The notes under the pieces were generated by a model, which saw nothing but the letters and a program-made list of their open reading frames with translations, did not search any database and had not been told where the DNA came from. A stretch of 64,000 nucleotides of DNA. Source: Camelus dromedarius (lineage: Eukaryota). Shown one piece after another: positions 1 through 11,519 of this stretch. The number at the start of each line of letters is the position of its first letter. Position 1 is the stretch's first letter. Location: positions 38,254,001-38,318,000 of the forward strand of contig NC_087472.1 in NCBI RefSeq assembly GCF_036321535.1, read 5' to 3'. A program made the translations under genes and the position numbers.

Positions 1-128
1 CCCCCACCTTCCCTGATTGCCAGCCCAGTTCTCTTCAGAAAGTCTAACAGCCACCACCAAGAAGCACCTCTCCCCCACCCTCCTGTGCCCAGAGGCTGCT
101 CTGGTCCTTCCCCTGACCCCAGCCTCAC

Positions 129-366
129 CTGCAGGAGCAGCTCCCTTAAGCGCTGCAGCTGGGACTCTAGCTGCTTGTTGTGGTCTTCAAGGATCTGCAT
201 GCGTGTCTCCAGGCGGCTCTTGTGCTGCCGAAGGATCCGGGCCTCAGCCAGCAGCTCCTCGTTGCGGTGGTCCTGTGCCACGTCACTAGAGCCCTCCGTC
301 AAGTGGGGTGCCTCGGCAGCCTCCTCATGCTGCCACTTCAGGCGCCTCAGCTCTCCCTGGAGAATC
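129..366 (-). CDS. DRP2: DRP2 coding exon 22 (238 nt; coiled-coil region)
   Basis: cag|G ATT CTC...CTG CAG|gtgagg; encodes ILQGELRRLKWQHEEAAEAP...EARILRQHKSRLETRMQILEDHNKQLESQLQRLRELLLQ. The gene continues left of position 1. Confidence 0.97.
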
Positions 367-946
367 CTGCCGGGGGTGGAGAAGTCAAGATCAAGGGCCC
401 CAATGGGGTATTGACTGTCCAGTCCAGGGCCCCATGTCTCCTCATACGTAGGTGTGAGCAATCCCTTTGCTCTCCCATCCTGCCCCGCTCCAGCTGAGCT
501 CGTGCTTGAATGGCCATATCCACTTCCTCTCTAGCACATATGTCATTTACTCTGCCATCCTCGGGCCTCAGAGCAGAGAGAGCTGACATTTCATATAACA
601 AATGTCTCAGGGCTTTGATGTGCTGCTTCGGGGATTAATTCTGACCTTAAAATCAGGCAGAAACACAGTCTGCAAATAAATGAGGCATTAGGGCCACTGA
701 CTCATCTACTCTGTTTTTAGATTTTTAGATTCCAGGGGAAGACATAACATACACAAAAGATCACCCATCTTTCCTCTTCTCTCCACTACCCCCCTTTTCA
801 GCCCATTTTAAGCACCCATGTTGAGTCATCAAGGAACCAGATTCCAAAGAGATGGTTTACTTTGGGGGACATTACTTTTTTTTTTTTTGGTAGTAGAATC
901 TCTCTCTCCCAGTGTTTCCCAGGGCTTCCCCACTGCTGCTCTAATG

Positions 947-1230
947 CAGTGTTTCTCAAACTATCCAAGCAAAAAACCAGGGGGATTTTTCAATCCTTTG
1001 TGGATCAATACATGGTCTGAATTTGCTAGTACGAATTTGCTAGTACACAGCTCACACTATGTGTAACTTGCAACACAAGTTCGACAACACTCAAACTGGC
1101 CTACATCCTATTCAATGAAGGCAAGCCTACTAATGATGTGCTTGGATGTCATGGCAATGTCAAATTGCCAGAAAAGTTTCTAAAAGCTGACTCTCTATTT
1201 AGGTATTCATCTTGTCTTGTTCCAGTAAAA
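947..1230. mobile_element. hAT-Charlie-like DNA transposon fragment
   Basis: Begins with cagtgtttctcaaact, a Charlie-type terminal repeat; subfamily not assigned. Confidence 0.45.
1019..1046. repeat. 14-bp perfect tandem duplication
   Basis: (gaatttgctagtac)x2. Confidence 0.95.
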
Positions 1231-1264
1231 AATACTTTGCAGTTAGGCCTTGTTCTAAGGACTT

Positions 1265-1425
1265 GCTACTCCAAATACAGTCTGCGGGCCAGTGGAATGG
1301 GCATCTTCTGGAAGTGGGTCAGAAGTGCAGGAACTAGGGCCCCTCCCCAGACCTGCGAATCAGAATCTGCATTTTACCAAGTTTCCCAAGCAACTCGTAT
1401 GCACACTAATGTTTAGAAGCAGTGT
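1265..1425. mobile_element. MER5A (hAT-Charlie MITE)
   Basis: ccccagacctgcgaatcagaatctgcattttaccaag...gtatgcacactaatgtttagaagcagtg. Confidence 0.8.
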
Positions 1426-1799
1426 TCTGGGGATGCTGTTGATTCTAAACATACCCTCAAAGTGGCCTGGATGCTCCTCAGACTCCCACTGCCCTCTGTA
1501 CTTTACAGAGATCAATGCCATCCCCGTAATCCACTTCACCTTCCCTCTTCCAGTCCTCAAATGCTCTACACAGTATCATTCTCCCCTTATTACTTTCACT
1601 AAATGATAAGCATTTCTTTCCATTTCCAACAACTGGAAGTTCCTTGAGGTCAGAGACGTGCATCATCTCTTCTGTATTCTCTGTGTTTGCGTTCTCTCTG
1701 CTCATATCTACTGGGTACTTGGAAATATTTGGATTGAGTTACAAGGATTCAAATAATTATTAGGATAGCTAGCTTTAATTGAGCCCTTTCCAATAAGCC

Positions 1800-1990
1800 A
1801 GACACTGTCTAAAGCATTAGATGCCTGATCATTTGATCTTCACAAGTGACCCTAAGAGGTGAGTACTATTATCATCATCCCCATTTTACAGATGAAGAAA
1901 TGGAAGATCACAGAATATAAGTAACTTGTTCAAGCCCACATAGCTAGGATGTGGAAATCCAGGACTTGAACTAAGCTGCCTGACTCTAGA
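1800..1990 (+). mobile_element. MIR SINE
   Basis: atccccattttacagatgaagaaatggaagatcacagaatataagtaacttgttcaag core. Confidence 0.8.
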
Positions 1991-2023
1991 ACCCACGCAG
2001 ATCTGTGCCACTGCCACACCCAC

Positions 2024-2167
2024 CGGTTCTCATCCTCTAAGTGGGCCAGGATCTTCTCAAGCTCCCCCTTGTTTTCTGTGGCCATGCTGCACGGAACCTG
2101 CTGTCCAAAACCTGGTTCCCGGTCTGTAATGGGGCTGGAGTGCCGCAGCAGGTACTGGTCCTCGTCT
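2024..2167 (-). CDS. DRP2: DRP2 coding exon 21 (144 nt)
   Basis: cag|A GAC GAG...AAC CG|gtgggt; DEDQYLLRHSSPITDREPGFGQQVPCSMATENKGELEKILAHLEDEN; phases fit both neighbours. Confidence 0.96.
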
Positions 2168-3028
2168 CTGTGTGAGGGTGGAGAGAGGAAAGGAGGCGGC
2201 CAAGCATTGAACCAAGAAACAGCTCAGGGAGTGAGTTCTCAGCTCCCCACTCAAGCCCCTAGAGACACATGCTGGAGTATTCACCTCTAAGTTACATAAA
2301 GAGGGAGAGGTCATGTATTCAGGCTTATGAGGGATGAAAGGGCTCAAAAGTGGTAGAGGTCATGGTTGGGGGTAGTAGAAGAGAATGTTTTTGGGATGCC
2401 AGGGCTTCTGGGTTCTACTTATCTGGGAAAAAATGAACAAATCCCTTCCCTTCCTGTGATGTTCCCCACCCCAACCCTCTTTGCTTCCCACCCCCAGGGG
2501 GTCATTGCCTGCCTGAGTCCCAGTCCCAGGGCTAGTCCCAACAGCTCCTAGGTCCTCTGAGGAGGCCGGGGACCTCCCTAGAGATGAAGGGCCCCTTCTC
2601 TGGGCTGTAGCACCAGGGAGTCTCTCTGGCCACACTTCAGTCAAGTCCCTGGTGTCTCCCTAGGGTTGATGTGGCACTAAATGGGGCTCTGGCATTTTGA
2701 GATTAGGATAATGGCTTATCTCTGCAACTTTAGAAGAAGGCATAGTCTTCTTCCCTCAGAGTGGGGCATAGGAACATGGGATCTTGCAACAGGAAGGGAC
2801 CTGGGCAGATGGCGGGGAGGTAGTACATCATTCATGCCCCAGCTCAGTTGATAGAGGATCGACTGCTTCTCTTATTAAACACTGCCCAGAAAGCAGCCTT
2901 CCTTCCTTGGGGTGTCAAGGACCCTAACCATCACCCCCTATCCCCTTGAGGATATACCCTTCCCAAACAGTGGCAGAAGGATCCCAAGGAGAGCTATTCC
3001 TGGCAAATCAGCAGCTGTGAAAACTCAC

Positions 3029-3094
3029 ATGCTGTCATCTGGGGATAGGCTGTCATTAAAGAAGGAGCAATTTTGACTTTCCATCTCAGCAAGC
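3029..3094 (-). CDS. DRP2: DRP2 coding exon 20 (66 nt)
   Basis: cag|G CTT GCT GAG ATG...AGC AT|gtgagt; LAEMESQNCSFFNDSLSPDDS. Confidence 0.96.
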
Positions 3095-3343
3095 CTGGGA
3101 AGAAAGAGTAGGAAGAGAAAGGAAAACAGAATGTGGAGTCTGCTTTCAACTGAAGGATTCTAATCCCACAATAGTATGATCAGCTTTGGGGGCTGTCGCA
3201 ACTCCCCTCTTCCTCAAGGGCTGGCTGCTGCATACCCCACTCTGCATGCCCTGCCCATCCCTGACTCTAATCTCTTTGCCCCAGCTGAAAGACCCTTCTC
3301 CCTTGGACTCCTTACAATCTCCCTCCCCCAAATCTGGTGGTAC

Positions 3344-3409
3344 CTGCTAGCAAAATGCTCAATGCGGGAATGTGTGTCAGCATGTGGCAACATCGGGGAA
3401 GAAGCCGGC
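3344..3409 (-). CDS. DRP2: DRP2 coding exon 19 (66 nt)
   Basis: tag|G CCG GCT...AGC AG|gtacca; PASSPMLPHADTHSRIEHFAS. Confidence 0.96.
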
Positions 3410-3754
3410 CTAGAAGAAAGCAGCAAAGACTCAGAAAACCAAAGACTGGGCAGCCAGGCAGCCTGTTTCTTCACCATCATCCTTCCACAACCCACCCCCC
3501 TCACTTGCAACCACCATCACCATATTAGAGAAATGGGCAAGAGCTGATGGGAATGAGATACAGAGACTGGATTCTAGACTTCTGGTCTATTTCTCAGGTC
3601 AGATTCCTGGTCAGGCCCAAGCTGAACTGTCCTGTCACAAGTTGGGTTTGCCCTGGAACACTCCCTTAGCCCACATGGAACTCAGGCCCTTCACAGCACA
3701 TCCTTAGGCTCAGTGAGGATGCCCCCAGTCCCCGTCTCAGCCACTGGTACTCAC

Positions 3755-3891
3755 GTCTCACTGTAGTCGGCCTCTAGCACTGATTGCACAGGCAGATAAC
3801 CTCTCTGAGGGTGTTTGCTGAAATAATGCTTTGAGCGGAATTTGTTCTTTAAGGTAGTGGCAAAGTCCCTCATGTTCTCACTGGATGTGGT
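3755..3891 (-). CDS. DRP2: DRP2 coding exon 18 (137 nt)
   Basis: cag|ACC ACA TCC...GAG AC|gtgagt; [45 protein letters not shown]. Confidence 0.97.
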
Positions 3892-4669
3892 CTGGAGGGG
3901 AGACAAGATAGAGGGACTCACTGTAATGGGGTATTCTAGGGACGTGTCGCTGCTCCCCTAGAGCAGGGACCATGACTGGTGATGCACTCTTGTTCATGTT
4001 TACCACACCCTGCTCCTAGAAAAACATCTAGAAGGACACATGCCAAACTGTGAACACTGATTGCCTCTAGGAAGTTGAACTGGAGGGGTGGGGAATGTGC
4101 TGAGGAAAGAAGGCAACTTTGTTTTATACTTTAAACACCTCTATATAATTTGAACCTTTTTACAATGATCATATATTTGTTAAATTTTTAAATATCTTTT
4201 ACATAAATTCTAGGGATGTACAAGATGAGCAGGAGCTACAGGATTATCTACCATCTCGAGCCAGTTTCCCCTGTATGACTTTAATCATGTTTATTTTAAA
4301 ATGATAATAAAAGAAAAATAAAGAACTAGGTTCCTGCTTCCATTGGGCCACACATGTTTCTGTGCCAACAGAATTTGGAGCAAAGATGACAGCTCAGGGA
4401 GCTGGATTATGGAGGTTGGGTGGGAGACAGTGGGGGGGCCTGGGGATATGTTTGGGACTTTGGGAGTGTCTGTGGAGAGAAAGGGATAAAGGATTTTAGG
4501 GAGCAGAGGCAGCTCAGAAAGCTTAGCCTGGAGCCATGGGTCCTGAACACAGCAGAGGAGAAACTGTTTGGCTGGAGTTCAGGAATACTGACCAATCTGG
4601 GCTCAGGAGGCTATGAAGGGCATAGTTTTCAATGAAAACCAAGTAGAATGTGGGGACCGCAATAAAGAA

Positions 4670-5268
4670 ATATTTATACAATGGAATACTATTCAGCCAT
4701 AAAAAATGACAACATAACGCCATTTGCAGCAGCATAGATGTCCCTGGAGAATATCATTCTAAGTGAAGAAAGCCAGAAAGAGAAAGAAAAATACCCATAT
4801 GAGATTTCTCATATGTGGAATCTAAAAAAAAAGAGCATAAATACAAAACAGAAACAGACTCATAGACAGAATACAAACTTGTGGTTGCCAAGGGGGCAGG
4901 GGGTGGGAAGGGATAGACTGGGATTTCAAAATGTAGAATAGATAAACAAGATTATACTGTATAGCACAGGGAAATATATACAAGATCTTGTGGTAGCTCA
5001 CAGTGAAAAAAATGTGACAATGAATATATGTATGTTCATGTATAACTGAAAAATTGTGCTCTACACTGGAATTTGACACAACATTGTAAAATGACTATTA
5101 CTCAATAAAAAAAAGTTTAAAAAAAGAATTAAATGGTGTAAAGAATATGAAAACAAATGTATGTATGTACATGTATGACTGGGCCATTATGCTGTACACC
5201 AGAAATTGACACATTGCAACTGACTATATTTCAATTAAAAAAAAGAAAAAAGGAAAAAAAAAGAAAAT
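4670..5268 (+). mobile_element. Young L1 3' end followed by a second short L1 tail
   Basis: atggaatactattcagccataaaaaa...ctcaataaaaaaaa (to about 5125), then a second gctgtacaccagaaattgacac...tcaattaaaaaaaa tail. Confidence 0.85.
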
Positions 5269-5730
5269 ACCCTTTTTTCCCCCCAAGAGGCTGCATAATG
5301 AATTTGAGCACAAAGTTTGGTATTGACTAGAAGGGACTGGAGCAATGGCAAAGTAGCAGGTGAAGACCAGGGGAGAGGAACAATTCAACAAGCTAAGCAG
5401 GAAAAACTAAAGTGAGTAATGGAAAGCTAGTCACCTACAATGGCCTTGCTCTATTTTTTTCTGAGAGTTTTCTCTGCAGGAGAACAGGGAGTGTCTTAAA
5501 TGATCAAGAGTGTCTTGGGCTGCTCTAGCCAGCTACGGCCCCAGTGAGGGAGAAGCTCTGCTGGAAGGACACAGAGGCCTGAATCTCCCAAACAGTGAAT
5601 CACCGGGACTGTTTGGAGAACGCTCCCCAACAGAGAGCAGAATACAGTGAGCTAATGCTTGGCAAAGTGGAGCAACGGCCCAGAAGCTGAGAGCTGCCCA
5701 CCCCTCCCACTTGGCCCAGAGGCCCCATAC

Positions 5731-5842
5731 CGGGGTGTAATACTCCATGATGGGGTAGTGCAGCTTGTTGCCCTTGCTGGCCCTGCCTGTCAAGAAGCAG
5801 GTCTGGCAGATGTCCACATTAAATTGTTTCAGACTCCGGTAC
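5731..5842 (-). CDS. DRP2: DRP2 coding exon 17 (112 nt; ZZ zinc finger, C-terminal half)
   Basis: aag|G TAC CGG...ACC CCG|gtatgg; [37 protein letters not shown]. Confidence 0.97.
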
Positions 5843-6166
5843 CTTGGGGAGAGGAGAGGTGGTAAGAAAGAGGATCCAATGTACCATAGTCACCTCCCCC
5901 GCCCCCTAACATCCAAATATACACATACATTGGAAGGGGGTGAGGCACGGAGCCATAACCGCTATATATATGGAGCACTTAACCTCCTATACATAGCAGT
6001 GGCTGACTCCTCACTAGATGACTAGTCTTACTCTAGAGGCCATAAATCCCCATGAAATCACACGCTCAGAGTCCCAAGAAGTTCAGGAAATAGCATTGTC
6101 TCCATATTTTTTAAAAGGGAAGGTGGAGCAGGGGTAAAAAGAGCTCATTATATCAAACAGCCTCCT

Positions 6167-6280
6167 GGGGGGAGGGCGTAGCTCAGTGGGAGAGCGCATG
6201 CTTAGCATGCACGAGGTCCTGGGTTCAACCCCAAGTACCGCTGTTAAAAATAAATAAATAAAACTAATTACCCTCCCCCA
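6167..6280 (+). mobile_element. tRNA-Ala-derived SINE (Vic-1 type, camelid)
   Basis: GTAGCTCAGTGG A box, CTTAGCAT, GGTTCAACCC B box, AAAT-rich tail; degenerate TSD aaacagcctcct / aaatagccttct. Confidence 0.85.
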
Positions 6281-6894
6281 AAATAGCCTTCTAAACAAAG
6301 ATGGCCCCAAGGGTCCAGTTTCACAGGTGTCACCTTGGAGAAGTTACACTTTCAATATGGAGACAACTGATTCTACCAGCCGCGGGCAAGTTGGCTAAAA
6401 GCTATTCCCCCCAAGTTATTTATAAAATATAATTCTATTTTGCCTGAATACAGACTAGCCCTTCAGATCCAGTTCCAAAGCCTGGTTGGACTGCCCAGAC
6501 CTAGTAGCATAGAACAGTGAGATTTCTAGACTTAGAGCAGTCAGAGGATCCAACATCTAGTCCTGGAGCCACAGTAGCCAGCTGTGTGAACTCCACCTCT
6601 GTGCCTCATTTGCTTATAAAAAGCAGGCTTGTAGTAAAGAGAGTATGTGCTAGTGCTTTAAAAAGTCAAACAATGGAGCATTTTGTGATGAAAGCCAAAT
6701 TCAGGATAGCAGCTACCTCTGTGGGGGATGGAGAGGAATGTAATCAATGAACTTACAAATATATTGTAATACATTTTTTATATATTATATAGAATGTATA
6801 TATAAATTTATAAACATCTACTATATATTTTATAATATACATAAATATATTGTAAAATATTGTTTTATTTCTTAAGTTTGATTGTGGATGCCCA

Positions 6895-7297
6895 CCGTGG
6901 GGCGCTGGCACCAGCTCATACCAGCCCATGAGAGCCAGTTAAAATTTCAGGAGTTTTCCAAGTCAGTTGTTAAATATAGCCATTATTTAAAAATTAAATC
7001 ATATAAACTCACAGGTAAGCAAATGATATGAAAAACAAAGGTAATAAATACTCCAACTCATCATTTCCCAACTATTTCACTATTATCTATGCTCTTGAGT
7101 TTGTCTACATCATTGTACCTGATGGCAGAAATATTACAAGTGGTGTGCAAGAGTGCATCACTTCCTGACCTCCTGTGGGGAGCCTGACACTGGCACGGTG
7201 GGAGTATTTACATCATGGAAATTAGCCAGTGCTATAAATCAGGTTTCTCTTCTGCTTTGTGGAGAGTAGGTTGTGAATCATTTGCCAGCACACATTT
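6895..7297 (+). mobile_element. MER63 (hAT-Blackjack DNA transposon)
   Basis: Ends resemble CAGTGGTGTGCTGG...CCAGCACACCACTG; internal atttaaaaattaaatcatataaactcac and gggagtatttacatcatggaaat match recalled MER63. Confidence 0.75.
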
Positions 7298-7666
7298 TGG
7301 TACATAGGTGTTCTTACATGTCAGGATGCTGGGGCTTCTGGGTTCTACTTAATGCTCCCTGGGGAACGATGAGCAAATTACTTCTCCTTCTGTGCTGATC
7401 CCCCCTCACTACCCCCTTTAGCTCCTCTATATGTTTTTATAGGCAAGTACTTCATAATAAACTAAAACAAAAGAAAATATTTCATTGCCTTCGATTTTTT
7501 AAAAGGTTAAATATTCTGCAATAGGAAGGATTATAACAGTATATAACAACATACAATAGGTTCCTTGTAATTATATAATTATGTGATGCACTGTTTCATG
7601 ATCTATTACTTATATGTGACATGGTCTATTTATTATTATCACTCTGGCCAGTATTGCTTTGCCTAC

Positions 7667-7833
7667 CTGAAGCCCTTGATGGGGCACTGCCTACAGATAG
7701 AGCACTTGGTCTGGTGCTTCACTTGCTCAGCGATGGTGACCCGATGCAGAACAGCCAGCCACACCATGGACTGGGGCTCCAAGTTGACCCACTCCAGGAA
7801 CTCTGAAGCTTCAATGACTGGCTTCCCAGTGCT
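7667..7833 (-). CDS. DRP2: DRP2 coding exon 16 (167 nt; start of ZZ finger)
   Basis: tag|AGC ACT GGG AAG...TTC AG|gtaggc; [55 protein letters not shown]. Confidence 0.97.
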
Positions 7834-8172
7834 CTAGGGAAACAAGAAGCCCAGTGACAACATCTGAGGCCCCAAAGTGTCTTGTGCTTAGAATGGCAGG
7901 TCTCAGGGGAGGAGGAGAAACAACAAGGCCTGGGTTGGCCTATTCTCCAGAGAAGTCCACCATCTACCCTGTACTAATTGACATGGTGCCCCTGTCCCCA
8001 CAGGACTCTGACCCCAAAAGCCCAGAGAACCCTCTGTCCTGTTGTTCAATACCAACAAACCCCCTTACATCCGAGTACTTCAGATCCAAAGCCCAGCTCC
8101 TAGTCCTCCCTCCCTCTTTCCCACCCTCCCTTTCATCATCCCCCCTTTCCTCCCTCCTAGTTCTATACTCAC

Positions 8173-8330
8173 AAAGCGGAAGCAACTNNNNNNNNNNNNN
8201 NNNNNNNNNNNNNNNNNNNNNNNNNNNNNNNNNNNNNNNNNNNNNNNNNNNNNNNNNNNNNNNNNNNNNNNNNNNNNNNNNNNNNNNNNNNNNNNNNNNN
8301 NNNNNNNNNNNNNNNNNNNNNNNNNNNNNN
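8173..8330 (-). CDS. DRP2: DRP2 coding exon 15 (expected 158 nt; mostly hidden in N-gap 8188-8343)
   Basis: Only the last 15 nt are visible: AGT TGC TTC CGC TTT|gtgagt (SCFRF). The 5' boundary is inferred from the conserved 158-nt size and from the phase-1 end of exon 14. Confidence 0.75.
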
Positions 8331-10007
8331 NNNNNNNNNNNNNCATAAGTCATGGCCAAGCCCGATACAGGAATGGCCAGAGAATGATGTGAGGAGAAAA
8401 AGCAGAAACAGATACAGGGAAAGAGCACATCAACTTAGCTAATGACTTTTGAAACTGGAAACGTAAAGGTCCATCCCTGAGCTTTTAGAAACCCAGGAGT
8501 TCTAAAGAGAGCACCTTCTAGATTCAGAGACAAAAAAATGAGACAGACACAAAGAGAGAACGCAACAGAAAGAGAACGGGAGAGAAGAGTGAAAGGGAGA
8601 GAGCAAGCTGCATATGGGAGCAGTGCCAGACACTGAAATGACACTGCTGGGAAAACAAATTCTCAAGAAGCAAGATGAAGGGGTGTGGAGTTCAAGGTTG
8701 CCTGAACATGAGTTGCAGTCTGTCTGCTCTATCCCCTCCTGTTCATGTAGCCCAAGTAGTCTGATACTGCAGTAATCTCTCAGTTATCCATGCAAAGGGA
8801 AAGAAACACTGGCACAGATGATCCAAAAAGAGGAGATAATTCAACACATTTGATCATTTAAGAATTAGCTCTAAATGACTGAGCTAAGTGAGGCAGACTA
8901 TGTACTTATATTTGAATATGGACACTATCTACTCTTGTGGGAACTCCCCTATCCCACCCCAACTTTAGAAAAACTCCATCAGGGGTTCTTGTCTGCCTGT
9001 TTCATACCTCACCTAATGGCCATAAAATAAACAAATGTAGAAGGCAGAGGACCTGGGTTTTAGTTGTGTATCCATTACTGACTAGCTTGTAAAACCCTGA
9101 GTAAGTCATGAATCTCTCTATGCTGCAGTTTTGTCATTTGTAAATTAAGATTAAATCATCAGTGTCTATCCCATCTTAAAGGAATGTTGGGAGTAATAAA
9201 TTATATCATAGCTATGAACATGCTTTGAAAAGTCTTCTTCCCTGTTAAGTTTTCCTAGATGGTTGTCATCACTCTTCTGTGATCTGATACAGCACATATC
9301 CTTTGCCACTCAGATTATTCTAATTAGCACTTTCAAAAATTCTTTCTGTGTATTTCTGTCTCTTCCCCTGGACTCTAAACCACTTGAGGCAGGGACTATG
9401 TCTAATTGGACCTTGTACTCATCACATTTAGCACAGTGGTCAACACACATTAAGCACTTGACAATTAATGATGCTGATTCAGAAAATTACAAAATGCTGT
9501 ACAAAAGATGGAGGATGCAGGGGAAAGCAAAGGTGCTTTACACCACAGAGGTTAAAACCTACAGAACTGCATACTGCCAGATAATGGGGATTATGGCACA
9601 CTGCCCATGTTATCACATGGGAAGTCTCCAGCAGAAAGTGTGACATGGCTTGAGGTTCAGATTGGGAGAGGGCTAAACTTGATAGGCCACAGGGGAATGG
9701 AACTACAAAGTCCAGGTTCTGGTACCCCAGGATGCCAACTCAGATCATGGTCAAATAATTACATCAGATCAGAAGAAACCAACGCCCTTGGAGTGACCCT
9801 GGGAATAATAACAGGTCTTAGACCCATCTTGGCCTTTGGCTGTTGTGGGTTGTTTGTAATAGCCTGGACCAGGAAGCATTAGAAGGTAGCCCGAGTAACC
9901 CTCGGCTGAGTCATAAGACCAACCTTCTGCTTATCTTACACCCTTCTTTCTCCCACCACACCTCTCCCTCCACCCAATTCCACTCCAGACTTTGGAGCTG
10001 TACTCAC

Positions 10008-10093
10008 ACTGCAGTTTTTCTTTCACTTCTGTGCCACACAGGCATGCAATGCCAGTCTTAAAGGACAATGCCCGCATCTTTCCACTGCGACCA
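10008..10093 (-). CDS. DRP2: DRP2 coding exon 14 (86 nt; EF-hand region)
   Basis: tag|T GGT CGC...CAG T|gtgagt; GRSGKMRALSFKTGIACLCGTEVKEKLQ. Confidence 0.97.
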
Positions 10094-10311
10094 CTAGATT
10101 TAAAAGAAGAGACTGAGAATATGAATATCGGTAAAGGGTTAACTTCTTGACAGTCATTTCCCTTGCAGAGTTGATCCCCACAGGGCTCTGTGCCAACCCC
10201 AAGCTGAGCTGGGTCTGAGTTCACCATGGGAGCAGCTCCTTGGCCACCATGCCCACTCTAGATGTCCCACTGAATTTCATCCTGGAGGCTGCCAGGGCTG
10301 CGAGCCCTTAC

Positions 10312-10513
10312 CTATCAAAAACATTGAGGAGCCAGTTGAGGCTCATGTCCACACAGAGCGGCACGTTGACCAAAATGCCTCTTTCCTCCTCCAGCCTTTC
10401 ATATAAGGCAGTCAGGCAGTGAATGACCTCCACCACATCCATCACATGCTCACTGGCCTGCAGATCATGCTCATTGAAGATCTCCAGGGCTGTGGTTAAG
10501 GTAACCAGGTCCA
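10312..10513 (-). CDS. DRP2: DRP2 coding exon 13 (202 nt; EF-hand region)
   Basis: cag|TG GAC CTG...GAT AG|gtaagg; DLVTLTTALEIFNEHDLQASEHVMDVVEVIHCLTALYERLEEERGILVNVPLCVDMSLNWLLNVFD. Confidence 0.97.
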
Positions 10514-11420
10514 CTGGGAAGGGAAGGAGAGAAGGAGAAAATACAGCCAAAAGTAGAACCCCAGGGACTAGACAAGGAGATATGGCCTCCAGGATCACCA
10601 AATTTGAGACTCAATCTCCAGACTAACCATTTGTAAGTACGATGCAAGCTTGCCTTTTACCAAGACCCCTCATCCCAAGAAGGGAGAAGGCAGGAAAGGC
10701 CACTTAAATTGGCCCGAAATTCTTCTATACCTGTCTGTTCCTTAACATCAGTTTCAAGAAGATAGAGGAATTTGGGTAAACTCTCAGGGGTCATATACCA
10801 TTTTTTTAACTTTCTCTGACTTTACATATGTTTCAACTACAAATAGGTTTGTCCATGAACCTCATTCTGAGAACCTAGACACTTAGTTATAAAGGCTAAG
10901 TTACGCCTGGGTAAATGTGACATAACTCAGGAGAACTTTTTAATTGCCTCCAATGCAGGAATCAACCTAGCCAGACACGCCTGGGCCAGGAAGATTGGAT
11001 GGACACTATCTCTGAGAAAGGCACATTATGTCTGCAGCCAGGCTGTCCCCTAACCACTGGCATTTGCTTCAACAGTTCTGCTGCTACATCTAATAACCCC
11101 AAGATGGCAAAAGAACACAAGCCCCCAGTGGCTCCAAACCATTTGCTGGATACTTCTTGCCAGTTGTTTGATTATCCAGGTTGAACAGGGAGGAAGGGAC
11201 AAGGAAGAGGATAGTTGTAGGTTAATTTGGAAGGAAGCTTGGGGGTTGGAGAGCATAGAAGGGCCCTGGAAAGAGCAGGTGTCCACAGCCAGCATCTTCC
11301 AGGCTTTGGAGAGGTCCCACCAAGCCAATGAACAACCCTGGCCAAGGTGGGATTAAACTGGGAAACAGATGAGGAAGAATAAGGATGAAGGCCATAAGGG
11401 AAGTGCAATGGGAGACTTAC

Positions 11421-11495
11421 GACGCAGTGCCTTCTGGACTCTGCGTAGCTTCATGGCAGTGCGGTAAGCTGAGAACTTAATGTTGTTCAGATCAG
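11421..11495 (-). CDS. DRP2: DRP2 coding exon 12 (75 nt)
   Basis: cag|CT GAT CTG...CGT C|gtaagt; DLNNIKFSAYRTAMKLRRVQKALR. Confidence 0.97.
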
Positions 11496-11519
11496 CTGCA
11501 AAGAATGGAAAGAAACCCA

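Noticed and set aside
17-497. Plus-strand ORFs over DRP2 exons (also 7583-7837, 10240-10626, 15705-16016)
   Set aside because: Antisense shadows of coding exons; no independent homology recognised.
3410-3754. Vestige of the dystrophin exon 71 micro-exon
   Set aside because: No PVTLINFWPV-like sequence or matching splice sites found; exon 18 joins exon 19 in frame.
6167-6250. tRNA-Ala gene (also at 25479)
   Set aside because: Degenerate acceptor stem, A-rich tail and TSDs identify these as SINEs.
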